Shown: positions 9,601-18,838 of the stretch, in pieces | Position numbering within the stretch: the stretch's first letter is position 1 | Layout of the letters: each line of letters starts with the position of its first letter | From: an uncultured virus (IMG/VR IMGVR_UViG_3300027749_000050) | Taxonomy: Duplodnaviria > Heunggongvirae > Uroviricota > Caudoviricetes | DNA length: 64,000 nt | Virus record (IMG/VR): IMGVR_UViG_3300027749_000050 | Reading direction: 5' to 3' (one strand) | Translations under genes and position numbers: made by a program | The notes under the pieces: generated by a model | What the model was told of the DNA's origin: nothing | Seen by the model: the letters and a program-made list of their open reading frames with translations, nothing else | Databases searched by the model: none

Positions 9601-11144
9601 ATACTTTCTATAGGATTACCATTTTGATCTAATGGATGACTTATATTACTAAACTGAACACCTAATAACACTATACTATCTGTTTCACTATTGTAGTGAT
9701 TTAGTTTTTCATCCACTGTTATATCAGGCATCTTGTGATGTCTAATAGATTTACCACATAACTTATCCCAGATATCAGGCCTATCTGCTGGGTATTTTTC
9801 TGTAGATTCCCAATAACCCATTTTACCTGTTGCTATCACTCTACCTCCATCTGATAATGTATAAGGTTGAAGAGTACTTAAACTACCTGTATTTTTTACT
9901 TGCCATGTTTGTCTTGTAGCACCATCAGCTATCTCAAAAGTATCATTATCAGCTATATTATTTTTTTCATTATCTAAAGGAGCTCTTCCTGGAATATGAT
10001 ATGATTCAGAACGTTCACCTGTATTATATATCCATCTTATAAAAAAAGCATATTGTTCATCTCTAAGATAAGATGTATTATTTCCTCCAATAGAATAATA
10101 GTTTGAAGGATACTCCGTAGCCACCCAACTTGTTTTAATAGTGTTAGCTTGAGGTTGGTAGTTAAATTTATACTTACTGTATGTACCCACTCTAAGTAGA
10201 TAGTTATTTACAGTGTACATAGCATCAGACTTTTCTAAAGCATCCGATCTTAATACAATCTCAGAAAGAGTTACTGTTATATATTCAGGATCCCACTTAT
10301 CTACATAAATTGTACCTTGAGATGTAGAATAATATCCTAATGATTTAGCAACACTTTGTTGATTTATATTAGTAACCAATACTAACTCAAATTCATCAAA
10401 ATCTTTATCAATACTATCTATTGTTATCTCTAATGAGCTACTTACATTTTCATATGTCCATAAACCTTGAACTTCAGAAATACCAATATAATCACTCACT
10501 TTCATTTGATTGATAGTGTAAGCAATGCATGCTTGATATGAGCCATTAGGTAGAGTACCTGCAATAGTTCCTTTCTTTAATTTGATACAAGGGTGTTCTA
10601 ATAAAGGAGACATTCTAATAGCCTGACAATCTAATTGATCAGTGTATGTTTTTATTTCACAACTATCTTTAATCTCAACAGTATAAATATAAGGGACATT
10701 ATCAATGTCCATAGTACGTGTTGGGTTTACACCATCATCCCAATATACTAAACGTTCACAATCAAAACGTTTTCTATATGCTCCTGTAATTAAATGTGAT
10801 TTGCTAAAATTTAAACAAGGTGAATTAACCACCATAGTGTATGTACAAGCTGACTCATCAAAAATTCCTATTTCACTATTTATATTATCTGTAGTATATA
10901 TCACCCATTGATCATCTGTAAGATGAATACAACCTATCATTGTGTAAGGAAGAGTGACACAAAGTATATTAGAAGGCTCATTACCAATTACACCCACCTG
11001 ACCATCATGTGAATTGTTTACAGTATTACGGGCATGGGTATACAAACCCTCTCCTATAAATGTAGAATTATAGTCTTTGACTATACCTTTACTAAAAGTA
11101 TTGGTCTCTACTCCAGGATTTTGTTGTGGTTGTTTATCAGCCAT
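6603..11144 (-). CDS. Tail stabilization/muzzle-like protein (crAss-like Tstab)
   Basis: 1513 aa, beta-rich, N-terminal NTFSKG and C-terminal WISFHDWIP; position after ring-protein genes as in crAss-like tail modules. Confidence 0.7.
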   Translation of the reverse strand: MADKQPQQNPGVETNTFSKGIVKDYNSTFIGEGLYTHARNTVNNSHDGQVGVIGNEPSNILCVTLPYTMIGCIHLTDDQWVIYTTDNINSEIGIFDESACTYTMVVNSPCLNFSKSHLITGAYRKRFDCERLVYWDDGVNPTRTMDIDNVPYIYTVEIKDSCEIKTYTDQLDCQAIRMSPLLEHPCIKLKKGTIAGTLPNGSYQACIAYTINQMKVSDYIGISEVQGLWTYENVSSSLEITIDSIDKDFDEFELVLVTNINQQSVAKSLGYYSTSQGTIYVDKWDPEYITVTLSEIVLRSDALEKSDAMYTVNNYLLRVGTYSKYKFNYQPQANTIKTSWVATEYPSNYYSIGGNNTSYLRDEQYAFFIRWIYNTGERSESYHIPGRAPLDNEKNNIADNDTFEIADGATRQTWQVKNTGSLSTLQPYTLSDGGRVIATGKMGYWESTEKYPADRPDIWDKLCGKSIRHHKMPDITVDEKLNHYNSETDSIVLLGVQFSNISHPLDQNGNPIESILGYEILRGTRQGNKSIIAKGLFNNMRSYPIPGNPEATGLYQNYPYNDLSTDMYLTATEQNNTSGSNTDGPKTSGLGGYRQDTFSFHSPEVAFTNPYLNVNEVKLYQEMYGTARGTFEIPYMHPKFKLLVNNFDTTLDIFVSALVVIQAAEAITGGFKVDVSANKDLPAKTAGVDKVVAEGTQGALATAFAAVALAANGIFLGAYKLFFGAKIEKEQVLSVVYALIPFRQFAAQYNSHGLYNQSTQSVEGNRRRKITDAIYVGSSLQQFTGNFQINNYNRSRFVCIKLSEDFDDPINIDDSRITIGSTGAKYSQSLSTNISSHYGAIKISIPSQYGQLESIKQLPISECIYPSKPILDEVVTSPVFFGGDTYIGRFTEKNSMFFFNTWLYEEPDGYEFDYTLYPTIPYPRYWVDSYKYIGLFNDRPSNHRSLDSVRSGSWLYLNQGYFYLFNSGVRDFFCESEVNLTFRDYEDDIAHRHYDPYGFTDINTMFRSDAIKSGNYYKYDYSLSISHLFNSNISWGNMLARDYNPTIAATCYTYRPNRVIYSLPQQDESKKDSWRIFLANNYKDFNTNVTSIKPINKTGAFFMMKFQGPLQFMGVEELRLDGTGAKITIGDGALFSGASQLQSVVNVDESYEYGSCQSKYSAIGTKYGVFYVSQNQGKIFNYAGEGLKEISSNGLRYWFASYLPSELLKVYPNYPLFDNPVVGIGIHMVYDNTNEIVYVSKKDYKPLKTDLTYDEDGQFYYFGAKISLDNTDYFEDASFTISYDPKAQTWISFHDWIPTFLLPGKIHFASINGDSIWKHNIRCDSYCNFYGVNYPWEVEFVSATGQTVTTMRSIEYILEAYKYDNECRDKFHVYNENFDQAIIYNSEQISGLLNLNVRIKNDPLSILAYPKVNSDSIDIQFSKVENKYRFNQFWDITNNRDDIGSGVNIPMFNTSSKGYVYPINSTYVNYSKEAIQHKKFRHNINRVFLRKTVSDGVKFLFKMSNEKLLQSPR

Positions 11145-11496
11145 GTTTTATTTCTAATTTCTTTTTTTCTAAAAACTTATACATTACCCCAGACAAATGA
11201 CCACATAACCAAGCTTGAGCTTCTTCATCTGTTACATTTCTATCCTCAGTCACTCTAGATGATGTATGATATAATTCATGAGCTAGTGTATTATGAGTGA
11301 GATATTTTGTATCTACAAGTAAAAAATATTTATGCAAATTTGGACTTATTAAAATACCTTCATTTCCACTTTCATATTCTTCAGATATTTTATATTTTTT
11401 ATAAATATTACTAGCCACTTTATCTAATACATCTGTAATTACAAAAGTAATTTCACAACTATAGGTAGGTACTTTTATAGTAGTGGTAACTTTCAT
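11137..11496 (-). CDS. Small zincin-like metallopeptidase
   Basis: TLAHELYH (HExxH) plus downstream EEAQAW third-ligand-like motif. Confidence 0.65.
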   Translation of the reverse strand: MKVTTTIKVPTYSCEITFVITDVLDKVASNIYKKYKISEEYESGNEGILISPNLHKYFLLVDTKYLTHNTLAHELYHTSSRVTEDRNVTDEEAQAWLCGHLSGVMYKFLEKKKLEIKHG

Positions 11497-12377
11497 TAAT
11501 AGTCATTAAATGATTTAAACATATTATAATATCTACTGTACATTGCCTTTCTATTCATTTCCCAGTTTTGTTTTAATTCTGAGAAGTTTGGTGTGTTCAC
11601 TATACTAAGAGCATTGTTACGAGCAGGTTTAAGTTTTGATTCTATAAGTTGCATTTTTTGTGCAACATCCTCACCATTAATATAAAGGTTTTCTAAAAGA
11701 CGTTGTTTAATAGCATACTCGTAATATTCATTAATTACAGGATGATCAAGAACTAACAAGTTACCATCATCATCTTCTAAAGCTCCTTGATAAGAAATAA
11801 ATAATTTTCCATTATCTATGTTAGTATATATAAAACCATTTTTTATATATCCTAAACTTCCTTTAGTAGTATCATTAAGAGCATCTGCTTTACCAGTGTC
11901 TGGAGATATCTGTATTCTGTCAAATGATTCATATGTACGTGTTTCCATTTTACGTTTCTCTACCACCTGTACAAATATGTTTTCTCCATTCTGACATTCT
12001 TGTACATATGTAGCTTCACAACAACAATCTGATTCTAGTTTAAAACATTTACCACAATAGTCATTAGCAGCTGCATCTAGTATTACATTTTCAGTTTCTC
12101 TACCAGAGTTAGCACGATATGTAACTTTATATGTACTTGTTAAGTATGCATAGTTAAGTGTATAAAAATCATCAGGTAGTTTTACTTTTTTATTTTCTAC
12201 ATCTAACATTACTTCTTTGGTACCATAAATACGTAAACCTAAATCATAATTAACTTTTTGAGCCACTTTAATAAGCTGAGCCGGCTCAATCAATCCTTCA
12301 TTATTATATATATAAAAGTCAGTACTAATCTCATCAAGAAGTTGATTAAATGTTCTATATTTAAGTTCTGTATTCAT
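11496..12377 (-). CDS. Tail ring/tubular-like structural protein
   Basis: 293 aa; VKLPDDF and ISYQG...DDDGNLLVLD motifs typical of crAss-like ring proteins; synteny with Tstab. Confidence 0.55.
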   Translation of the reverse strand: MNTELKYRTFNQLLDEISTDFYIYNNEGLIEPAQLIKVAQKVNYDLGLRIYGTKEVMLDVENKKVKLPDDFYTLNYAYLTSTYKVTYRANSGRETENVILDAAANDYCGKCFKLESDCCCEATYVQECQNGENIFVQVVEKRKMETRTYESFDRIQISPDTGKADALNDTTKGSLGYIKNGFIYTNIDNGKLFISYQGALEDDDGNLLVLDHPVINEYYEYAIKQRLLENLYINGEDVAQKMQLIESKLKPARNNALSIVNTPNFSELKQNWEMNRKAMYSRYYNMFKSFNDY

Positions 12378-12379
12378 AA

Positions 12380-13054
12380 TTAACGGGATGTATTTTGTTT
12401 ATCATTATTTGCATCTTCTGGTAACTGAGCAGTTCCGGCTAAGTCTTTTAAAACATTAGATTCTAATTCAGCAAGTAAATAATCTGGTACATTAAATGTT
12501 TGATCTTGTTTTAATATACAACTATCTTCTTCACAAGTGTACTTACTTATATCATCTTCAAAGATTCCTTCTATACGTACAGCATCCCATTCTAAATTTG
12601 GAAAATAAATATAGTCATCTAAAAACCAATAATACATTGTTTTGTTATACTTGAAGTTTTTAGAATTTGATAATTTAGCATATGTACTAGGTATAGTGGG
12701 TTGAAGTTCTTCAGATCCATCAATAGAAGCAATAGTACGAATAAGTGGTCCAAAGTATCCTTGTAAAAAAATAGGAAGTTTACCTTTAGTTCTTTTAATT
12801 TTCATGTTAGATGAAATTCCTGTACAACATGCTTCCACTTTATCCACTTCTTCAAGTTCTACATAATCCATTGTTTGTATCACCCCAGAAAAATATAATA
12901 ATTTATTTTTTCCATCTTCACGTTTTAACAACCATTTAGACTGTTTTAATACAAATGAATAAATCATACGATCAGTCATGAAAGCATCTTGTTTGTCAGC
13001 TTTCATCTGATTACGTATTCTAGAAACAATATCATTAATAGTATTCTTAGCCAT
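12380..13054 (-). CDS. Tail ring/tubular-like structural protein
   Basis: 224 aa; YYWFLDDYIYF and VRIEGIFED motifs; synteny. Confidence 0.55.
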   Translation of the reverse strand: MAKNTINDIVSRIRNQMKADKQDAFMTDRMIYSFVLKQSKWLLKREDGKNKLLYFSGVIQTMDYVELEEVDKVEACCTGISSNMKIKRTKGKLPIFLQGYFGPLIRTIASIDGSEELQPTIPSTYAKLSNSKNFKYNKTMYYWFLDDYIYFPNLEWDAVRIEGIFEDDISKYTCEEDSCILKQDQTFNVPDYLLAELESNVLKDLAGTAQLPEDANNDKQNTSR

Positions 13055-13055
13055 T

Positions 13056-13640
13056 TTATTCTAAATTAAATTCATCATAATTTTTTAATAATTCAGTAGT
13101 CTCATCTGTTTTAAATTGTTTAAATTTTTCTATTCTAAAAAGTCTACTAATCTTTACAAGATTATCTACTTGAATATATTTTTTCCATTCTGTTGGATAT
13201 GTTTGTCCAACCATTCTTGTAAAATCCCTCACTCCTTTAAATCCCCACAAGTCATGATTCTTAAACCTATACTTTGTTTCAAAATTGGTATAAAATATTT
13301 TAGCCAAATAATCATCTGACTCCCAATTTTTATTTTGTAAAACAACACCATAATGTTTTGACTTATCAAAGTCTACATTACTTTTCTTACGTGGGCAACT
13401 TCCTATAAAAATATAACCAAGTTGTTCTGGAAGCTGTACCCCATCTCGTTCATCTATAGCTGCCTTCCAAACAAACCCATTAAAAGTTTTAATAACATTT
13501 TTAAAATCATCTATAGAAAAATTAGAATACTTAGGATTGTCTTCTATAAACTTATTATAAAAATCTATGTTAGTAAGATTAAGCTTTTTAGGTCTATATC
13601 TTGGAGCATTTAAATCTGGTTTTTTGTATTGTTTTGACAC
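13056..13640 (-). CDS. HU/IHF-like DNA-binding protein (crAss-type)
   Basis: Helix followed by DGVQLPEQLGYIFI, resembling the IHF/HU beta-arm; basic; located before the tail genes as in crAss-like phages. Confidence 0.5.
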   Translation of the reverse strand: MSKQYKKPDLNAPRYRPKKLNLTNIDFYNKFIEDNPKYSNFSIDDFKNVIKTFNGFVWKAAIDERDGVQLPEQLGYIFIGSCPRKKSNVDFDKSKHYGVVLQNKNWESDDYLAKIFYTNFETKYRFKNHDLWGFKGVRDFTRMVGQTYPTEWKKYIQVDNLVKISRLFRIEKFKQFKTDETTELLKNYDEFNLE

Positions 13641-13700
13641 TCTCTCTATATTATTAATTTACGAAAAATCTTTGAAGTTTCCTAGTTAAACTTTATTAGT

Positions 13701-14903
13701 TTAGACTGTATATATAAACTCACTCACTTTACCTTTCTCTACATCATGTATTTCCATGATAGCTTGACGTTTAGATCCTACGAATTTATTATGATAGTGC
13801 CAGTAGTCTGTAGAACAAAGACTAGGTAAATGTTTGATAGAAAAGCCATTATATTCATTCTCTGTAGTGTATTCTATTGTTTTCTTAGAATGAAAGTGTC
13901 CTGTGTAACATGTACGGTATTTAGTAGCTCCCCAAGATTTAGGAAACTCTGTAGCATATACAAGAGCTGTATTCTTCTTAGTAACATCACCATGTTCAAA
14001 AGCAAAAAAGTTATGGCCATAAACCACAACTTTTCTTTCAGCATATTCTACATCAAAATATATATTAAAATCTTCTGTATCAAAACATTTAGATAAGGCA
14101 TGAGCCATATGATAACTGCTAAGTCTATCATGATTACCAGGAAGGTAAACTACATCTAGATTTTCACAAAATTGTTTAAGGTAGGATATAGACCAATGCA
14201 AAGCATCAAAAGCTTCCTTATAAGCATGCTGTGCTCTCTGAGCATTATCTACAGGAGTACCACCTGTTGTTGTACCAGAGAAGGTGTCCATATTAAGAAG
14301 ATCTCCTCCTATAACATATATAATTTTAGTAAGCTTATGTGACATATAAGCTCTACATACTAAGTTAGTGATGGCAGCTTTAAAGTGTTCTACTATATCT
14401 TCATTATCTTCTTTACCAAAGTGTAGGTCTTGTGTAGATATAACTCCTACACTATCACTGATAAACTTGTCATTAATAAAAGGTTCTGGAAGATATTGGT
14501 AATTAGGTTTAAAGTTAGCTATTACATCAGCTAAGATATCTTTAGGTTCATACTTAAGAGCTGTTACCATGGCTGATATAAACCAACCATCATGTCTTTC
14601 TTTGTTCCAATAACTAGACAGTTTCCACTTAGTAATATCTATCTTTAATAGATCTATAATTTCTTCTGCTGTTCTAGGTTCTGTAAGAGACAATCCTTTT
14701 ATCTCAGCTGTGCCTTTATCAAGGTCTTCTTTAAACTCTAATATTTTATTTGTTCTAGGATGTTCTATAGTTTCACTAAACTGAAACTTAACTTGTTTTT
14801 TTAATTGTTTGTACTTCTCAATAGAAATATTTAATTTTGTGGCACAAAAATGATTTGATTGTTTCCACTTAAGGGACTGTTTTACTTGTTCAAGTAGTGA
14901 CAT
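13701..14903 (-). CDS. Calcineurin-like metallophosphoesterase with N-terminal HTH-like region
   Basis: Motifs DLH, GGDLL, GNHD, HGD, GHFH in canonical order. Confidence 0.85.
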   Translation of the reverse strand: MSLLEQVKQSLKWKQSNHFCATKLNISIEKYKQLKKQVKFQFSETIEHPRTNKILEFKEDLDKGTAEIKGLSLTEPRTAEEIIDLLKIDITKWKLSSYWNKERHDGWFISAMVTALKYEPKDILADVIANFKPNYQYLPEPFINDKFISDSVGVISTQDLHFGKEDNEDIVEHFKAAITNLVCRAYMSHKLTKIIYVIGGDLLNMDTFSGTTTGGTPVDNAQRAQHAYKEAFDALHWSISYLKQFCENLDVVYLPGNHDRLSSYHMAHALSKCFDTEDFNIYFDVEYAERKVVVYGHNFFAFEHGDVTKKNTALVYATEFPKSWGATKYRTCYTGHFHSKKTIEYTTENEYNGFSIKHLPSLCSTDYWHYHNKFVGSKRQAIMEIHDVEKGKVSEFIYTV

Positions 14904-14954
14904 AATTTTAAAGGTTTGTATACGGGGGATAAAGTTATAGTAAATATTCCATAT

Positions 14955-14992
14955 AAAAAAATAGAGGCCAGATGTAGAAACATCCGGCCTTT
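14955..14992 (-). terminator. Intrinsic terminator after glycosyltransferase cluster
   Basis: Minus strand AGGCCGGAUGU-UUCU-ACAUCUGGCCU followed by CUAUUUUUU. Confidence 0.75.
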
Positions 14993-15030
14993 TTGTTTGT
15001 CAGGATTAAACCAACAAAACCTGACTTTTA

Positions 15031-15717
15031 TTATTTTGGTAACTGAATATAGTAATCAGTTTTAAAATGTGGACTAAGAATAATGTTTCCTATTTCTTTA
15101 GTTCCTAAAGAATCGTCCACTTTTTTTAGAATGAAGTCACTTGGATTCTCCCCCATTCCAGAGACATGATATGTACCCATCCCCCATCTATATATCATAG
15201 TGAAAGGACTTCTTTCAGCATTGTATATTTTAGCATTATGAAAGAAGGTAATATAGTTGTCTTCACCAAAACTTGATGTATTGAAAGGAATACCATCTAA
15301 ATACTTTTTAGTATATATGTTTCCTGTATTTATACTGTCACTATTTCCTTGGTATTCATTGTGAGAAAAGAAGTAGTGATACTTGCTTCTGTATATGTCA
15401 CACCCAGGATTTTCTAGTATATCTTTTTTACTAAGTGATATAGCTTCTGGTGCTAGTAAATCATCATCATCTAATCTATAAATAAATTCATTACTACACT
15501 GTTTGTATCCCCATGCTATCTTAGCCGATATAGAAGGAAACCTTTCTTTTACATTTGCAATCTTAACTCTTGGATGATTACAATAATAAGTTACATCAGG
15601 ACTATCATTTATAATAACCATTTCACAATCTTCTGCATGTTCTTGCATTATAAAAGATTGAATAGCCTCTTCTAAAATGTGATGTCTCTGATAAGTTAAT
15701 GTTAAAATACTAATCAT
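15031..15717 (-). CDS. Glycosyltransferase, GT2/GT-A fold
   Basis: ISILTLTYQR start, VIINDS, RLDDDD (DxD). Confidence 0.85.
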   Translation of the reverse strand: MISILTLTYQRHHILEEAIQSFIMQEHAEDCEMVIINDSPDVTYYCNHPRVKIANVKERFPSISAKIAWGYKQCSNEFIYRLDDDDLLAPEAISLSKKDILENPGCDIYRSKYHYFFSHNEYQGNSDSINTGNIYTKKYLDGIPFNTSSFGEDNYITFFHNAKIYNAERSPFTMIYRWGMGTYHVSGMGENPSDFILKKVDDSLGTKEIGNIILSPHFKTDYYIQLPK

Positions 15718-16349
15718 TTATTTGGTTTTTTTATTGATTCATAATACTTAAAATCATCTTCTGATATTCCTATAAATTCAGGAAACAAAGAAGTGCTTGA
15801 CATTCTTGTATCTATTCTAAGATTCTTTAAAATGTATGCTCCTTGTTTTACATTCTCTAACAAGAAGTCATCTCCATATGACACTTTCATTTGTTCAGGA
15901 ATAGGAATATAATTTTCTTTTTTTATAAAAATTAAACACCCCCAGCCTGATGGTCTTCTATCTATTTGTTCTATTTCATAAGGAAGATTTCTATCTATAG
16001 GATCATAGTTACTACAACATTCTCCTATAACACCTCTATCAATAACTCCACTTATAAAATCAAATACACTTGTGTTAAAATTTATGTCATCATTACAAAG
16101 TGCTATGTTATTATACTTAGCTACACTCACTCCAAGATTCCAGGCAGGATTAACATAAATATTTTTTTCCTTGCTTATAAGAGTTATTTTACTGTATGGC
16201 TTTTTAATGTAAGAATGATATAAGTTATCATTATCTATTAATACAATTTCACCCACTGTATCACAAGCTTCTAAATCATCTAATAACTTATGTATATGGT
16301 GAGCTTTCCACAGTGTTGGTATTACCACTGTAAACTTATCTCCATTCAT
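15714..16349 (-). CDS. Glycosyltransferase, GT2/GT-A fold
   Basis: TVVIPT, IVLIDN, AWNLG, CNDD, YGDD. Confidence 0.85.
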   Translation of the reverse strand: MNGDKFTVVIPTLWKAHHIHKLLDDLEACDTVGEIVLIDNDNLYHSYIKKPYSKITLISKEKNIYVNPAWNLGVSVAKYNNIALCNDDINFNTSVFDFISGVIDRGVIGECCSNYDPIDRNLPYEIEQIDRRPSGWGCLIFIKKENYIPIPEQMKVSYGDDFLLENVKQGAYILKNLRIDTRMSSTSLFPEFIGISEDDFKYYESIKKPNK

Positions 16350-17319
16350 TTATCTTTTCTTTTATAAGTTGATAAATCCAAGTTGATAATGAATAATACT
16401 CATCAGTGAGTTGAGGAAGCATCCATTCTTCTTTTGCATCCTTAGAGTGTAACCACATATGAGAAACAACAGGATATTTGTTTTTAATCAAATCATAAAA
16501 ACTTGATGCTGTAGATTTAGTGCACTTATAACTTCCCCATTCATACTTATCTAAATCAGGAAGTGTTTTATAAAAGTCACACATCTCTCCTCCGTGCATG
16601 CATCTGTCCCAATAAGAAGAAGCAGATACAAAATCTTCATATAGATATAAAAGAGTTAATCCTATATCAAAGCTCACTCTTATATGCTGTATGTTATTTT
16701 TTATAACATCTAATGTCAAAGACTGCCAAGAAAAATTATCACCTATATAAACAGCTTTCTCTGCATTTAGAAATTTAGGATGAGATAGAATTTCTTCAAT
16801 GATATGATGGAATGGTTCAAAATTTAACCAACAATCATTTCTTGGAAACATAGTGATTTCATCATACCCTCTAAGTTCTCTATACTTTCCTGGAATACAA
16901 TCTTCAGGTTGTAAATTGTTATAGTGACATGTATGAGGATCATAAGATCTACATATAAGATTCTTCACTGGAGCAATTGGTTTAATTGCTAAGTCATCTG
17001 TATCAACATAACTACCACCAAACTTATATAGTAAAACAAGTCTTATTAAATCTGAAACTTCTCTTGGGTGAGCATTTAAATAATACTTCTCTACAGTTTC
17101 TAATGGTACAGGAGTGCCTTCAAACAATGACAAATCCCATTTCATTATTTTGATTTTAAACTTAGCATCAAGCATGTCTTCAGTAAGACTATTAGATACT
17201 ATTGTTATGTCATGATTAGGATTAAATACTCTTGTAGAATAAACTGAGTCTTTTAAAATCTTTAATCTGCTATCTGATATTGGACCATCCCAATAAAAAA
17301 ATATATTTAAGCTATGCAT
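16336..17319 (-). CDS. DXD sugar-binding glycosyltransferase (GT32/OCH1-like)
   Basis: SDLIRLVLLYKFGGSYVDTD signature; N-terminal FFYW. Confidence 0.85.
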   Translation of the reverse strand: MHSLNIFFYWDGPISDSRLKILKDSVYSTRVFNPNHDITIVSNSLTEDMLDAKFKIKIMKWDLSLFEGTPVPLETVEKYYLNAHPREVSDLIRLVLLYKFGGSYVDTDDLAIKPIAPVKNLICRSYDPHTCHYNNLQPEDCIPGKYRELRGYDEITMFPRNDCWLNFEPFHHIIEEILSHPKFLNAEKAVYIGDNFSWQSLTLDVIKNNIQHIRVSFDIGLTLLYLYEDFVSASSYWDRCMHGGEMCDFYKTLPDLDKYEWGSYKCTKSTASSFYDLIKNKYPVVSHMWLHSKDAKEEWMLPQLTDEYYSLSTWIYQLIKEKINEWR

Positions 17320-18233
17320 GATACCTCCTTGGTTTTTAAAATTTCTTCAACATATTTAAAAGAACAAAAATCTTTACTAAAGGTTTCTTCTTTTATATTG
17401 TAAGGACTAGAATTAATATATGCTCCTTTAAAAAACAATTCTGCTCTATCTACAGTGACACCAGCATTGTGATAAATATAATGTTTATCCCATTCTTGTA
17501 TGGTGGATGTTCCCCATGAGAAGGACATCTTTTCTGCAACTTTTACCGTCTTATCAAAGAACCAAAGATTCCATAATACAGCCCACATATCTGCACACCA
17601 TATTTGAATCTCATGCATAGAAGGATCAGTTTGTCTATCTTTATCTATCTGATCATTTATAAGTCTATACAAGTTTTCAGCATCATAATAGACCTTCTTC
17701 CAAAACTCAGTGGGAATATTCTTAAGTATATATTGAGCTCCCCCACTGTTTTGTTCTTCATTTATAAGTAGATCTTTATTTACATTAACTATTCTAGACA
17801 TCATATCTAGATAGTGTTCTCCTTTTGATCTAATATAATTAGCACCTATATAACTAACTGTGTCACTTACATAACATACGTCATCTTGTAAAAGATCATC
17901 AAACTCTAAAGGCTTAGATAATACAATATCACAATCATGATAAAAAATTGTTTCATATTGTAACTCAGGATGAAGAGTCCAATGTTTATGTAATAGATGA
18001 GGTCTTATACTAGAAATATATCCAGCTTTCACTCTATCATCATGATAAAAGAAAAAGCCTACATTGTTATATGTATCTGCAAGACTTTTCCATTTTTCTG
18101 AAATTGTTCCATAATGACCACAGACAATTTGTATATTATTTGGATTTACTCCTTGTCTAATAAAATTGTTAATCATTACTTCTACCTGCCAGGTATAATA
18201 ATCTATGGCAGGCTGTGCACAAATGAACTTCAT
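17307..18233 (-). CDS. GT-A glycosyltransferase resembling peptide O-glycosyltransferases (HPAT/SERGT-like)
   Basis: YYTWQVEVM, SIRPH, IFYHDCD, GGAQY, WCADMWA in the order of plant hydroxyproline arabinosyltransferase/serine galactosyltransferase motifs (recalled by eye). Confidence 0.6.
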   Translation of the reverse strand: MKFICAQPAIDYYTWQVEVMINNFIRQGVNPNNIQIVCGHYGTISEKWKSLADTYNNVGFFFYHDDRVKAGYISSIRPHLLHKHWTLHPELQYETIFYHDCDIVLSKPLEFDDLLQDDVCYVSDTVSYIGANYIRSKGEHYLDMMSRIVNVNKDLLINEEQNSGGAQYILKNIPTEFWKKVYYDAENLYRLINDQIDKDRQTDPSMHEIQIWCADMWAVLWNLWFFDKTVKVAEKMSFSWGTSTIQEWDKHYIYHNAGVTVDRAELFFKGAYINSSPYNIKEETFSKDFCSFKYVEEILKTKEVSCIA

Positions 18234-18259
18234 ATATGTTGGTTTTTGGTTTACAATCT

Positions 18260-18817
18260 TTACTGAGCTATCAGCTGTATTGTTAATTTATCTGTTGTTA
18301 CCCAAGTTAATCCAGATATTACAACAGATGAACTAGTTTGATTTGCTGCTATATTAGCACTACCTATCACTAAATTATTTTTTATAATTAAAAGTTTTGC
18401 TGCTGTTGCACCTGTTGTAACAACAGTTGTTAAACTACCACTTGTTAAAGCTGATGTTAACAAACCAAGCTTAGTAGCTCCGGCTGCACAAGGTAATGTA
18501 TTTCCTGTATTTAAAGTGTAGAAAACTGTACCAAAACTAACAATCTGTGCTGATGTTAAAGTGGACAGAACATTTACAGTAAATGTTGCACATGCTCCAA
18601 GCTGTGTTATTATTGCTTGTAGCAATTCTGTAACAGAATCTCCAGTGTTTACATTAAAGCATGGTGCTGCCACTCCATTATAAATAATACAATCTGATGA
18701 AAACATTTCATCACAAGGATTACCATTAGGACATAGTGTAGTAGTAGTAGTTGTTCCTACAGGTGTTGGACAACAACATGGTAAACTATAATAAGCATTG
18801 TTACAATTACATGACAT
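18260..18817 (-). CDS. Cys-rich, Thr-tract structural (fibre-associated) protein
   Basis: MSCNCNN start, TTTTTT tract, SSDCIIYNG domain shared with 21332..23863 and 25357..26667. Confidence 0.6.
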   Translation of the reverse strand: MSCNCNNAYYSLPCCCPTPVGTTTTTTLCPNGNPCDEMFSSDCIIYNGVAAPCFNVNTGDSVTELLQAIITQLGACATFTVNVLSTLTSAQIVSFGTVFYTLNTGNTLPCAAGATKLGLLTSALTSGSLTTVVTTGATAAKLLIIKNNLVIGSANIAANQTSSSVVISGLTWVTTDKLTIQLIAQ

Positions 18818-18838
18818 TTTATTTCGATTTATATTTTA

